Shown here one piece after another: positions 1-9,649 of a stretch of 32,000 bases of DNA (position 1 is its first letter; each line of letters opens with the position of its first letter). Under the pieces are notes generated by a model. That model was given only the letters and a program-made list of their open reading frames with translations. It made no database searches and was not told the DNA's origin. The stretch is from Candidatus Iainarchaeum sp. (GTDB taxonomy: Archaea; Iainarchaeota; Iainarchaeia; Iainarchaeales; CSSED10-239), in assembly GCA_028700115.1 (NCBI GenBank), contig JAQVTI010000004.1, forward strand, positions 25,585 to 57,584. The letters are read 5' to 3'. The translations under genes and the position numbers were made by a program.

Positions 1-964
1 CAGTAGTAATAATTATTGCAGGTTCTGGGGTTCTTAAAATATCTTTTCTTGTTCTATGATTTGTTATTAATTCAGTTCTATCTAATGCTTTTTTAAAACT
101 TTTTAAATCATTTAAATATTCTTTATGATCTGCAAATATTCTACTTGCTTTTATCCCCATTCCATCTACATATATTGGCGCATTTATTTTATATTTATCT
201 AATAAAGCAATTAATTCTTGTGTTCTTTCAATTGCAAAAGCAGCTAAAATTACTTTGTGACCATTTTCTATGGTTTCTTTTATTTCAGAAATTAATTCTT
301 TTTCTAAATTTTCTCTTGATTTGTGATTTTTATTACCATAAGTTGATTCTGTAATTAATATATCTACTTGTGGGAGATTTCTATCAAATCCTTTAAATAA
401 AGTTGATTTTTCTGATCTTATATCTCCAGTATACATTATTTTTTTACCTTCTGTTTCTAAAATAGAGATAACACTTCCTGAGATATGTCCTGCATCATAA
501 AATGTTAATCTAGAATATTTTGATATTTCTATTGTTTCTCTTAAATTTAAATAAAATGCAGCTTTATTTGCAAATTTAATTTCATCTTTATTAAATGGTG
601 GTTCTTTGTCATCATATTTTGCAATTTTTAAAGTATCAAGCCATAATAAATTAGATAATTCTAAAGTAGCTTCTGTTAAAAAAAGATTTGGATCTCCTTT
701 TTTATATAGAGAAGGTATATCTCCAGAATGATCTAAATGTGCATGACTTAAAATTACTGCATCTAAATGTTCTTTTATTTTTAGAGGTTCTTCTGTATAT
801 TCTTCTTCGATTTTATATTTTTCTGATAAATTTTTATTTTTTTGGTTTTTAAATTTAGGATGTAATTTAAGACCATAATCAAAAAGTATATTTTCATTAT
901 CTGTTTTTATAAGAATACCACTTCTTCCTACTTCTTGACCAGCACCAAGGCATTTTAATTTCAT
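1..964 (-). CDS. beta-CASP / metallo-beta-lactamase-fold ribonuclease (archaeal CPSF-like); C-terminus runs off the window start
   Basis: Absent from the ORF track because no stop lies in the window. Reverse translation from the ATG at 964-962 gives MKLKCLGAGQEVGRSGILIKT. HAHLDH (HxHxDH) lies at about 745-728, followed by FYDAGHISGS, YTGDI and ITESTYG motifs typical of beta-CASP RNases. Confidence 0.8.
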   Translation of the reverse strand, partial: MKLKCLGAGQEVGRSGILIKTDNENILFDYGLKLHPKFKNQKNKNLSEKYKIEEEYTEEPLKIKEHLDAVILSHAHLDHSGDIPSLYKKGDPNLFLTEATLELSNLLWLDTLKIAKYDDKEPPFNKDEIKFANKAAFYLNLRETIEISKYSRLTFYDAGHISGSVISILETEGKKIMYTGDIRSEKSTLFKGFDRNLPQVDILITESTYGNKNHKSRENLEKELISEIKETIENGHKVILAAFAIERTQELIALLDKYKINAPIYVDGMGIKASRIFADHKEYLNDLKSFKKALDRTELITNHRTRKDILRTPEPAIIITT

Positions 965-1214
965 TTGAAATCACTTCCATTTTTATATTTATAATTATTA
1001 ATATATTTAATTTATTTTTTTAATTTATTTTTAAAAATTTAATTTATTATAATAATTTTTAGATTTTAATTTATTATAATTATAGTTTATAATAATATAT
1101 TATTAGTTTATTTTTTATTAATTATATTTATATTTTTAATATATATTCTAAAAGCAAAGTTAATAAATATCTATGTGTATATTATATTTATAATATTTGA
1201 ATATGTGTATATAT

Positions 1215-1838
1215 ATGGCTTTTTTAAATTTGAAAGACTCTTTTGATTTTTTAAATAAAAATAATATTAATACTTTAGCTTATACATTAATTTCTTCTAA
1301 AAAAGATTTAAAAAATTTTAAAGAATATCCATATGTTTTAAAATTAAGTTCTTCTTTATTACATAAAACTGAAAAAAAAGTTGTTTTTGTTAATTTAAAT
1401 AATAAAAAAGATTTAGAAAATTCATATGATTCTTTAAAAAAAGTAATTTTTAATGAAAAAATTAAAAAATATGATATTTTATTACAAAAACAAATTCCTG
1501 GAATAGAAATAATTATTGGTATAAAAGAAGATAAACAATTTGGGAAAGTTATTTTGTTTGGTTTTGGTGGTATATTTACAGAAGTTTTTAAAGATTCTTC
1601 AATTAAAATTTTACCTATTTCTAAAAAGGATTTAAATTTTTTATTTTCAGAAACTAAAATTGGGTCTATTTTAGAAAAAGGTTTTAGAAATAAAAAATAT
1701 CCTATTAAAGAACTTAAAGAAATGATTTATAATATTTCAAATCTTGCAATTAAATATAATATTAAAGAATTAGATATAAATCCATTAATAATTAATGAAA
1801 ATGGTTTATATATTGTAGATTCTAGAATATTATTATAA
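1215..1838 (+). CDS. ADP-forming acetyl-CoA synthetase beta-subunit-like ATP-grasp protein
   Basis: GIEIIIGIKEDKQFGKVILFGFGGIFTEVFKD and IKELDINPLI...VDSRI align along the whole length with ACD beta subunits. The ORF opens at 1197 (TTG), with ATGs at 1203 and 1215. A TATA-like box at about 1183-1193 favours 1215, so the start is uncertain. Confidence 0.65.
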   Translation: MAFLNLKDSFDFLNKNNINTLAYTLISSKKDLKNFKEYPYVLKLSSSLLHKTEKKVVFVNLNNKKDLENSYDSLKKVIFNEKIKKYDILLQKQIPGIEIIIGIKEDKQFGKVILFGFGGIFTEVFKDSSIKILPISKKDLNFLFSETKIGSILEKGFRNKKYPIKELKEMIYNISNLAIKYNIKELDINPLIINENGLYIVDSRILL

Positions 1839-2220
1839 ATTTAATAATTATTTGTTATAATTTAATTTATTTTTTTAAATAATTATTAAAGATGTTTTTG
1901 TTTTTATTTATTTTTTAAAATTTATCTTTGTTTTTTAAGAATATTTAATTAATTTATTTTTAGTTAATCTTGAAAAAAAAGATTATATTTATAAAAAATT
2001 TTTAGAAAATCTAAAATAAAATTGTAAACTAATTTATTTAATAAAATTAATTTAGTTAATTTATAAAAGTATTTTTTAAATTTAAAACTAAAATTTAGAA
2101 AATATTTTCTAATTTTTTTGATATTTTTTTTGTTTTTGTTGTTTTATTTAAATATAATAATTTTGGTAAAGTAGTAAAAAATATAAAAGAAACGATATAT
2201 AATTATTATATAAATTAAAT

Positions 2221-3144
2221 ATGGTAAAAAATATGCTTTATAATTTAGATATGCATACTCATTTAGGACCAAAAAAAGGGTCTGCAAAAACTTATTGGAA
2301 ATATATAAAAAAATCTAATTTAATTGGAACAGCTATTACTGAATATAATTATTTAAATCCAAAAAAAGCATATTATGATTTATTAGTTAGAAAACCAAAA
2401 GGAATGATTTTAATTCCTGGAATTAAAATTAAAACAGATTCTGGCGAGGTTTTAATTTATTCCCCAGATGATGATATTTATAATTATAGTTTATTATATG
2501 AAGATAATGTGTCTTTAAAAAGATTAATAGATTTTGCAAATAAAAAAAATTATCTAATTTCTATTGCCCACCCATTTGGATTAATATCTAATTCTGCATC
2601 ATATATTTTAGGTTTAGATAAATTAGAAAAATTAATTAAAGATAAAAAAATTGGTGTTGAAGCATATACTGGAACAATTGGTTATTTATATTATTATTTA
2701 TATGATTCTTTCTTTTTAAGAAAAATAAGATCTATTTTAGATTTTTTAGAAATAAAATCTTTTTTTAAAACAATTAAATTATCTAAATTAAGTGAATTTT
2801 TTACACATAAATTAGATCAAAAAAGTTATGATGTTGTATATAGATTTGAAGCAGCAATTAAACTTGGAAAAATTGCAAGTTATGTAACTGCTGGTTCAGG
2901 TAGTTATACTTTAGATGGTATTGGAAGTGGTATCTTAACTATGGATATACCTAAATACATTCTTGAAGAAACAGATTATATTAAACAAAACAAAGATTTA
3001 TTAAATAAAATAAGTAAGAAAAAAATAAAAGCTGTTGGACCTCCTGGGAAATATGATGATGATTTATTTCAGAGATCTACTGCTAGAAAAACAAAAATTA
3101 GAGCCTATAAAGATTTAATGTATCTTACAGAAAGATCTGTTTGA
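2221..3144 (+). CDS. PHP-domain metal-dependent phosphoesterase family protein
   Basis: N-terminal NLDMHTHL (DxHxH) and a later SIAHPFG motif, as in PHP-fold hydrolases. Confidence 0.5.
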   Translation: MVKNMLYNLDMHTHLGPKKGSAKTYWKYIKKSNLIGTAITEYNYLNPKKAYYDLLVRKPKGMILIPGIKIKTDSGEVLIYSPDDDIYNYSLLYEDNVSLKRLIDFANKKNYLISIAHPFGLISNSASYILGLDKLEKLIKDKKIGVEAYTGTIGYLYYYLYDSFFLRKIRSILDFLEIKSFFKTIKLSKLSEFFTHKLDQKSYDVVYRFEAAIKLGKIASYVTAGSGSYTLDGIGSGILTMDIPKYILEETDYIKQNKDLLNKISKKKIKAVGPPGKYDDDLFQRSTARKTKIRAYKDLMYLTERSV

Positions 3145-3153
3145 TTATTAAAT

Positions 3154-3837
3154 TTATTTTCCAAAATTTCTTTTAATATTTTTAAAATTTTTAATAATTT
3201 TATCTATATCTTTATTATTTATTTCTGGCCATAATTTTTTAAGAAAAACTAATTCTGAATAAATACATTCATATGTTAAAAATCCTGAAAGTCTTTTATA
3301 ATTTCCGGTTCTTACTATAATTTCAGGATCTATAAAATTTTTGTCATAAAGATATTTTGTAAAATTTTCTAAAGTTACTTTTTTAATATTTTTAGATATT
3401 ATTTTATTTACTGCATCAATTATTTCTTGTCTTCCACCATATCCAATACATAAATAAACTGTTAGTCTTGCATTTTTTTTTTTATTTTCAATTTCTTTTA
3501 ATTTTTTTTCTAATTTTTTTGGAATTATATTATAATTTCCTAATATTTTTATATTAATATCATAATTTTTAAATTTATCTTTAACATAAAATTTATCATC
3601 AAAAACTTTTACTAAATAATCTATTTCGTCTTTATTTCTATTTATATTTTCTGTAGATAATAAATAATAGCTAATTTGTTTAATTTCAGGATATTTATTA
3701 TAGATATAAATTGAGTTTTCAATTACTTTATCTGCTCCTTTTGAATATCCTTTATATAAATTAAATATTTTTTTTTTTGCAAATCTTCTATTTCCATCTG
3801 CAATAAAACCAATAGAATTTATTTTATTTTTCTCCAT
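3154..3837 (-). CDS. uppS: cis-prenyltransferase (undecaprenyl-diphosphate synthase family)
   Basis: IGFIADGNRRFAKKK (DGNRR[WF]A signature), GYGGRQEI and IVRTGNYKRLSGFL motifs; length 227 aa. Confidence 0.85.
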   Translation of the reverse strand: MEKNKINSIGFIADGNRRFAKKKIFNLYKGYSKGADKVIENSIYIYNKYPEIKQISYYLLSTENINRNKDEIDYLVKVFDDKFYVKDKFKNYDINIKILGNYNIIPKKLEKKLKEIENKKKNARLTVYLCIGYGGRQEIIDAVNKIISKNIKKVTLENFTKYLYDKNFIDPEIIVRTGNYKRLSGFLTYECIYSELVFLKKLWPEINNKDIDKIIKNFKNIKRNFGK

Positions 3838-3918
3838 AATTAATTCCTTTAAAAATTGTAAAATATAAAATATTTATAATCTATTATATTTATAATTGTT
3901 TTGTATATTTTTATAAAT

Positions 3919-4650
3919 ATGAATTTATTATATTTACCAATAATTATTATAACTATATTAATTTTAATAATAATTTCTATTCAAGATATTAAAAAAAGAG
4001 AAATTAATATATTTTATTTAATTTTTTTAGTGATTTTTAGTATTATTTATTTATGGGTTTTTATTTTTAAAAATGATTTAAATTTATGGTATTCTTATTT
4101 TTATCAATTAATAATTATTTTTGTATTTTTATTAATAATTTTTATATTAGGTAAACTAAGTAAATTTATATATATTGGAGAAGGAGATTTATATACTTTA
4201 TTTGCATTAAGTTTTACAAATATTTTCACTGAATTTTATATTTTAAGTATAATTATTTTATCTTTATTTATAACATTATTAATACCTTTATTTTTATTTA
4301 TATATAATTTATCTACATTTAATTTTCCAAAAAAACATGGTTTTTTTAAATCTATTATTTTAATGTTTTTAGGAATTAATATAAATATTAAAAAATTAAA
4401 TAACTTTTATTATTCTTTAGAAAAATTTTCCTTTAAAAATAATAAATTAAAATATATTATTTCTTTAAAACCAAATATATCTCCTGATAAAGAAATTAAA
4501 CAATTAAAAGCTTTTTCTAAAATACATAATATTAAGACAATATGGGTTTCTCCTTTAGTTCCTTTTGTAGTATCTATTACTTTAGCATATATTTTTATGT
4601 TTATTTTATCTTTTTATAATATTTTTAATATATTTATTTTCTTTTTATAG
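3919..4650 (+). CDS. archaeal prepilin/preflagellin peptidase (A24 family, FlaK/PibD-like)
   Basis: Polytopic membrane protein. The first catalytic Asp context is ISIQDIKKREI (D23 counted from the ATG at 3919) and the second is in YIGEGDLY (GxGD). An archaeal-type C-terminal extension is present. The ORF opens at 3901 (TTG) and the first ATG is at 3919. Confidence 0.75.
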   Translation: MNLLYLPIIIITILILIIISIQDIKKREINIFYLIFLVIFSIIYLWVFIFKNDLNLWYSYFYQLIIIFVFLLIIFILGKLSKFIYIGEGDLYTLFALSFTNIFTEFYILSIIILSLFITLLIPLFLFIYNLSTFNFPKKHGFFKSIILMFLGININIKKLNNFYYSLEKFSFKNNKLKYIISLKPNISPDKEIKQLKAFSKIHNIKTIWVSPLVPFVVSITLAYIFMFILSFYNIFNIFIFFL

Positions 4651-4767
4651 TTTTTTTTATTTTTAATAATTATTTTTAATAAGTTTAATTATAAACAAAA
4701 AATAGATATACTTTAAAAATTTAATGATTAATCATATAATATATTTAATTTAAAAATATATTTTAAT

Positions 4768-7599
4768 ATGGGTATTTTAGAAAAAATAGATATTATAGAT
4801 AAAAGAAATTCAATATCTACTAAAGATAATGTATCTAAATTATCTTTATTTGATAATATCTCAGAAAAGGATAGAAAAGTATATTCTATGGACTATACTA
4901 TAATTAAACCTTTATCAAAATTAGATGTTATTAATAAAAGTAATTTAGAAGTATCTTTAAAAAAAGATAATATTAATAATTATAATTTACCATTAGTTAT
5001 TCCTTCTGAAAAAATAATTTTTTCTAATAATTTACCATTAGTTATTCCTTCTGAAAAAATTGGTTTCTTAAATTCTAATTTTAAAGAATATATTAGTGTT
5101 TATAATAAATCTTTAAGTAAAAATAATTTTTTAAAAAAAAAAAATAAAAAAGAAAATTTAAATAATAATTATTTTATAACAGAAGAAGAACTTAAATCAA
5201 ATTTAAAATCTATAGCATATTTGTCTTTTTCTAAAGATAAATCTTCTATAAATAAGAAAACAAAATATCATTTTTCTAAAGATAATGTTGTTTCTGGAAT
5301 TAATTTTGATAAAAATAAAATTAAAGTAACAGAAGATATTGATGAGTTATTATCTGAATTAAATAAAAAGGCTTTAAATCTTGATAAAAAAGAAACTTTT
5401 TTAGAAGAATTTTCATTTTTAGAATCTAATCCAAAAGTTAATAAAATATCTTTAGATAATTATAAAATAAAACATCTTTATTCTAAAATAGACCAAATTT
5501 ATGAGAATATGGATAACTTAAATGTATTAGATCAAAGTTCTTTTTCTAAAAAAAATTTTATTAAAAATGATTTAAAAGATAAAAAAACAAATATAGAATC
5601 TAAAATAGGTATTTTTGAAGAAATTAAAGTCCCAGATATTTTTGTAATAAAAGATGATTCTAATAATTTAGAAGAAGTAATATCAAATGAATTTTCTAGT
5701 TATGAAAAGGATATTTCAAAAAAATCTACTATTCCTTTTTTTATATCTAAAGATAATGTATTAGATTTATCTGATGTTGTTTATAATTATATAAATAATT
5801 CTAAAAAAAATGCTTTTAATGATCCATCTAAAAAAATAAATATAAATTTAATATATAATAAAGCATTAAAAGATGATAATTATCTAAAAAATTTACTTTT
5901 AAATACAAAAAATACAACACAAATAAATAAAGAAAATGAAACTTTAAAAAATATTGAAAATAAATCAAAATTTTCTAAAAAGTCATTATTTAAAAATAAT
6001 ATTTTTAAAAAAGACAAATCTTTACAAGTTAATTTAAATGATTCTAATAAAAATTTAAATAATAAAAATTTAAATAATAAAAATTTAAATAATAAAAATA
6101 GATCTCAAAAATCAAATTATAAATTAAAGCCAAAATCAAATATAGATTATATTTTGCCAGTAAATGATTCTTCAAAAAATTTTGTAGTTAATAATTTTGA
6201 AAAGTCTATATCTCAAGATTTAATTTATTCTTTACCAATAAAAAATATAGATTTTTCTCAAAATAAAATTTATGAAAAATATTCTTTAGATGATTTTACT
6301 TTTGTAAATATTTATTTTGATAATTCTATAGGGCTTGTATATGATTTAATACAGCCAGAACTTAATAATAATCAACAAAAGTTATTTAATCAAATAAAAG
6401 ATATGTTTTATAATAATATAGATAAAGATTATTTTTATTTTAAAGGAGATTCTCATAAAATAAAAGAATATATTTCTAAAATATATGATGTTACTTTAAA
6501 TAAATTATCTTTTAAAATTAATTCTTTAGAAAGAAAACTTTTTTTAAAATTTATTCTTAGTGATTTTTCAGGTCTTGGTTTACTTTCAAGTTTATTAGAT
6601 GATTATAAAATTATTGAAATAAGTTGTAGTGGAGAAAATTCTTATTTATATGTGTATCATATAGAATATGGTCTTTTAAAAACAAATATTATATTTGAAG
6701 ATATTTTTAAATTAAATGAATTTGTTTTAAATCTTACAAAAAATATGGGGTTATATATTAGTTCTACAAATCCAATAATTGATGGATATCTCCCAAATGG
6801 TTATAAAGTAGAAGGAATTTATTCTACTGGAGATAGTAGTAGTAGAGGGTCTTCTTTTATTATTAAAAAATACTTGCAAAAATCAATAACTCCATGTGGT
6901 CTTGTAAATATAGGTGTTGGAATAAATGTTATTTTTGCATATTTTTGGCAAGCTATTGAAAATAAATATAAAATAATTATCACTGGAGAAGATGATAGTT
7001 TTATTATATATAATTCTATTGCTTTATTTTTCCCTCAAAAAAGAATTGTAAGTATACAAGATTATGATAAAATAATTTTACCACATAAAGAATGGGTTAA
7101 AAGAAAAGTATCTAAAAATGATGGGATTACAAAAAAAATATTAATTAATCAAACAAATTCTGAAAGACCAAATTATATAATACTTGATGTTTTTCAGAAA
7201 GATTTATTTAATTCTCAATGGTATAATATAGATTTATTTACTTGCCCTAAAAAAATACTTCCAGAAATAATAGAAAATCTAAATTCTGTTAATCAAAAAG
7301 CAATTATAATAGATATTAAGAGAATAAATTTTGGATATAGAGAATTAATAGAATTTAACACAGTTTTAGAAATTAATTCTAATCAAAAAAAAATATTTGA
7401 ATTTATTGTAAAAGATAAAGAATACCATGTAAATTTATTAAATTCTGATTTTAATATTATAGATATTAAAAATAAAGAGAAAGTTATAAATTGGTTATTA
7501 GAATCAAATATTTTTGATTATAAAGATTTTAATAATATTGTAAATGAATATTATATAGATAAAGATAATATTTTAAAAAAACTTGGAGTTGATAAATAA
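4768..7599 (+). CDS. FlaI/GspE-family secretion-ATPase homologue with degenerate nucleotide-binding motifs and a ~500-aa low-complexity N-terminal extension
   Basis: The C-terminal ~440 aa align with FlaI-type ATPases (IIEISCSG...YVYH..YG, NPIIDGYLPNG, SRGSSFIIKKY, AYFWQAIENKYKIIITG). The Walker A position reads GEDDSFIIY, Walker B reads RPNYIILDVFQKD, and the His box is absent. No GK[ST] occurs anywhere in the protein. Confidence 0.75.
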   Translation: MGILEKIDIIDKRNSISTKDNVSKLSLFDNISEKDRKVYSMDYTIIKPLSKLDVINKSNLEVSLKKDNINNYNLPLVIPSEKIIFSNNLPLVIPSEKIGFLNSNFKEYISVYNKSLSKNNFLKKKNKKENLNNNYFITEEELKSNLKSIAYLSFSKDKSSINKKTKYHFSKDNVVSGINFDKNKIKVTEDIDELLSELNKKALNLDKKETFLEEFSFLESNPKVNKISLDNYKIKHLYSKIDQIYENMDNLNVLDQSSFSKKNFIKNDLKDKKTNIESKIGIFEEIKVPDIFVIKDDSNNLEEVISNEFSSYEKDISKKSTIPFFISKDNVLDLSDVVYNYINNSKKNAFNDPSKKININLIYNKALKDDNYLKNLLLNTKNTTQINKENETLKNIENKSKFSKKSLFKNNIFKKDKSLQVNLNDSNKNLNNKNLNNKNLNNKNRSQKSNYKLKPKSNIDYILPVNDSSKNFVVNNFEKSISQDLIYSLPIKNIDFSQNKIYEKYSLDDFTFVNIYFDNSIGLVYDLIQPELNNNQQKLFNQIKDMFYNNIDKDYFYFKGDSHKIKEYISKIYDVTLNKLSFKINSLERKLFLKFILSDFSGLGLLSSLLDDYKIIEISCSGENSYLYVYHIEYGLLKTNIIFEDIFKLNEFVLNLTKNMGLYISSTNPIIDGYLPNGYKVEGIYSTGDSSSRGSSFIIKKYLQKSITPCGLVNIGVGINVIFAYFWQAIENKYKIIITGEDDSFIIYNSIALFFPQKRIVSIQDYDKIILPHKEWVKRKVSKNDGITKKILINQTNSERPNYIILDVFQKDLFNSQWYNIDLFTCPKKILPEIIENLNSVNQKAIIIDIKRINFGYRELIEFNTVLEINSNQKKIFEFIVKDKEYHVNLLNSDFNIIDIKNKEKVINWLLESNIFDYKDFNNIVNEYYIDKDNILKKLGVDK
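4983..5072 (+). repeat. 45-nt tandem duplication inside a CDS (NLPLVIPSEKI x2)
   Basis: The 33 nt taatttaccattagttattccttctgaaaaaat at 4983-5015 recur exactly at 5028-5060. Confidence 0.9.
6046..6099 (+). repeat. 15-nt tandem repeat aataaaaatttaaat, about 3.6 copies (NKNLN repeats) inside a CDS
   Basis: Exact copies at 6046-6060, 6061-6075 and 6076-6090, plus a partial copy to 6099. Confidence 0.9.
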
Positions 7600-8447
7600 T
7601 GTTTGGTAAAATATTATCACATATTTCTTTATTTTTATTTAAAGATATATTTATTAAATTACAAGATAATTTTAAAAATTTTTCAAAAGTTCTAAATTAT
7701 ATAAAAGTAAATGAAAATGCAGTATCTTATCTTTCAAATATTTTATTTATTTCTTTATTTTTAGTTATTGTTTTAGAGTTTATCTTTATATTTTTAATGG
7801 TTAAATTAAATATATATTTTAATATATTTAGTTTTTTTATAACTATATTTATATCATTTACAATTGGTTTAATGATTTTCTTAGTACTTTTTAAATTCCC
7901 ATATTATCTTTTAGATATAAAAAAAACAGAACTTGATATTGAATTTGAAAATAGTCTTAAACATTTATCTGTAATTTGTGATAATAAATTAAGTGTTTTA
8001 GATGTTTTAAGAATAATTATATCTATTGAAGATAATTATTTAATTTCTGAAAATACAAAAAAAATAATTACTAATTCTATAGATGATTTAAATTTAAAAA
8101 ATTCATTATTATATATTTCTGAAAATACCTTTTCAGAAATTGAAAAATTTTTTTTAATAAAATTAGTAGATGTTTTAGATAAGAAAGATAATTTAGAAGA
8201 TGTTGTTTTAAATTATTTAAATGAAATAGAATCTTCTAGAAAAGAATTAAGTGAACAAAGAAAAAGTAAAATAAATATTTTATTTCAAGTTAATATATTT
8301 ATTTTTTTAATTATAATAATATTATTAATTATAGTTTTTATAGTTCCAATAACTAATCAAACTATAAGACAATTATTAGGTTTTATTGCAATAATTCTTC
8401 CAATTATTGAATTTATTTTGATTTTAATTCTTTATAATAAAAATTAA
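7599..8447 (+). CDS. half-size FlaJ/TadB/TadC-like (T2SS-F type) pilus platform membrane protein
   Basis: N-terminal TM helices, a ~110-aa cytoplasmic helical domain (LKHLSVICDNKLSVLDVLRII...) and C-terminal TM helices. The start overlaps the upstream stop (TAATG at 7597-7601), which suggests coupling to the ATPase-like gene. Confidence 0.55.
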   Translation: MFGKILSHISLFLFKDIFIKLQDNFKNFSKVLNYIKVNENAVSYLSNILFISLFLVIVLEFIFIFLMVKLNIYFNIFSFFITIFISFTIGLMIFLVLFKFPYYLLDIKKTELDIEFENSLKHLSVICDNKLSVLDVLRIIISIEDNYLISENTKKIITNSIDDLNLKNSLLYISENTFSEIEKFFLIKLVDVLDKKDNLEDVVLNYLNEIESSRKELSEQRKSKINILFQVNIFIFLIIIILLIIVFIVPITNQTIRQLLGFIAIILPIIEFILILILYNKN

Positions 8448-8475
8448 AATATTTATTTAAATTTATATAAATTAA

Positions 8476-9612
8476 ATGAGAATTTTTATGGATAAAAAGA
8501 AATTTTTGAAAATAAATACTTTTATTTTAAAAAATGAATATCAATTATTAACTTTATCTGGATTTCTATCTGGGCTTTTAATTTTATTTATTACAAATAA
8601 ATTTTTTTTTAAAAGTGAACTTTATTATTTATTATTCTTTTTTGGAATTATAGTTTCTTTTTTTGGGTTTGTTTTAGAATATTTTATTAAAAAATATAAA
8701 ACTAAATCTTTAGAAAAAGTATTTAGTTATTTTTTATCTGATTTATCTAGAGATTATAAAAAAACAAAAAATCTATCATTATCTTTAATTAATATTTCTA
8801 ATTCAAATGTTTATAAGGGGATAGATAATGATATTAAAAAAATATCTAATAGAGTATCTTGGGGGGATAGTTTTGAAAATTCTTTAAAATGTTTGAATTT
8901 TTCTTTAGATAGTGATATTTTAAATCATACTTTAATATTATTTAATAATTTAAAAAATACTTCACTTTCTTTAGATCAGATTTTTTTAAAAATTTCAAAA
9001 GATATAAATCTCTTTAGAGAAGATAAACAAAAAAAAAGATATTTTAGTCATTTATTTAATTTATCTATTGTGTTTTTTATAGTTTTTATATTTGTTTTAC
9101 TTTATCTAGATATATTAATTGGAAGTAATTTTTTATGGTATAATTATTTAGATTCTATGAATAGAATATTTTTTGATAACTTTATATTATATATTGCAAT
9201 TGTTTTATCTTTTTTTACAGCTTTTGTTATAAGTACTATAAAAGATAATAAATTTGGGGGTTATCTGAAATATATTGGAATTTTTTTTATAATTATTATA
9301 ATTTTATTTCAAATTGTAATTCCAAAACCAGAAGCTCAAGAAGTTTTAATTAGTACTATTAATTATATGAATCTTGAAGATATAGATTATTTTTATTTAG
9401 AAAATATTATATCTATACAATCTTTAAGTTCCAAATATATTTCAGAAAATACAACTGTAGATAGAGTTTATTTTAAACCTTTAGATGTAAATTTGTGTAA
9501 AGATACTTCTTGTTTAGAATATACTATTTTAATTAAAGATGCTTCTTTTTTTAATTTTGAATTAATTAAAGTAGACAAAAATATAATTATTTTATATGAA
9601 TATAATTATTGA
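8476..9612 (+). CDS. second half-size FlaJ/TadB/TadC-like platform membrane protein with a C-terminal extracytoplasmic extension
   Basis: Same TM, cytoplasmic-domain, TM layout as the upstream gene, plus a ~85-aa Cys-containing tail. An alternative ATG lies at 8488. Confidence 0.5.
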   Translation: MRIFMDKKKFLKINTFILKNEYQLLTLSGFLSGLLILFITNKFFFKSELYYLLFFFGIIVSFFGFVLEYFIKKYKTKSLEKVFSYFLSDLSRDYKKTKNLSLSLINISNSNVYKGIDNDIKKISNRVSWGDSFENSLKCLNFSLDSDILNHTLILFNNLKNTSLSLDQIFLKISKDINLFREDKQKKRYFSHLFNLSIVFFIVFIFVLLYLDILIGSNFLWYNYLDSMNRIFFDNFILYIAIVLSFFTAFVISTIKDNKFGGYLKYIGIFFIIIIILFQIVIPKPEAQEVLISTINYMNLEDIDYFYLENIISIQSLSSKYISENTTVDRVYFKPLDVNLCKDTSCLEYTILIKDASFFNFELIKVDKNIIILYEYNY

Positions 9613-9649
9613 ATTTATAAATAAAATTATTTTAAAAAATTGAATTAAT

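Noticed and set aside
145-354. 69-aa plus-strand ORF from the track
   Set aside because: It lies antisense inside the well-supported beta-CASP RNase gene. The translation is low-complexity L/F/I-rich, as expected for antisense AT-rich coding DNA.
964-1214. Repeated taatttatt-like words in the spacer, considered as a structured repeat
   Set aside because: They are imperfect and irregularly spaced, which is consistent with low-complexity AT-rich promoter DNA.
2095-2112. Perfect 18-bp palindrome ttagaaaatattttctaa about 110 bp upstream of the PHP gene
   Set aside because: It could be an operator. However, in DNA this AT-rich, long A/T palindromes arise easily by chance, and no second copy or partner regulator is visible.
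1839-2220. Unusually long (382 bp) intergenic spacer, considered as a possible ncRNA locus
   Set aside because: It is almost pure A/T low-complexity sequence with no GC-enriched or stem-forming core. It is more likely promoter or spacer DNA.
3919-9612. Interpretation of locus 1 as an archaellum (motility) operon
   Set aside because: No FlaH (KaiC-like), FlaG/F, FlaX/CDE or archaellin-sized genes are present. The class III signal proteins are huge adhesin-like proteins, so a pilus or adhesion system is the better reading.
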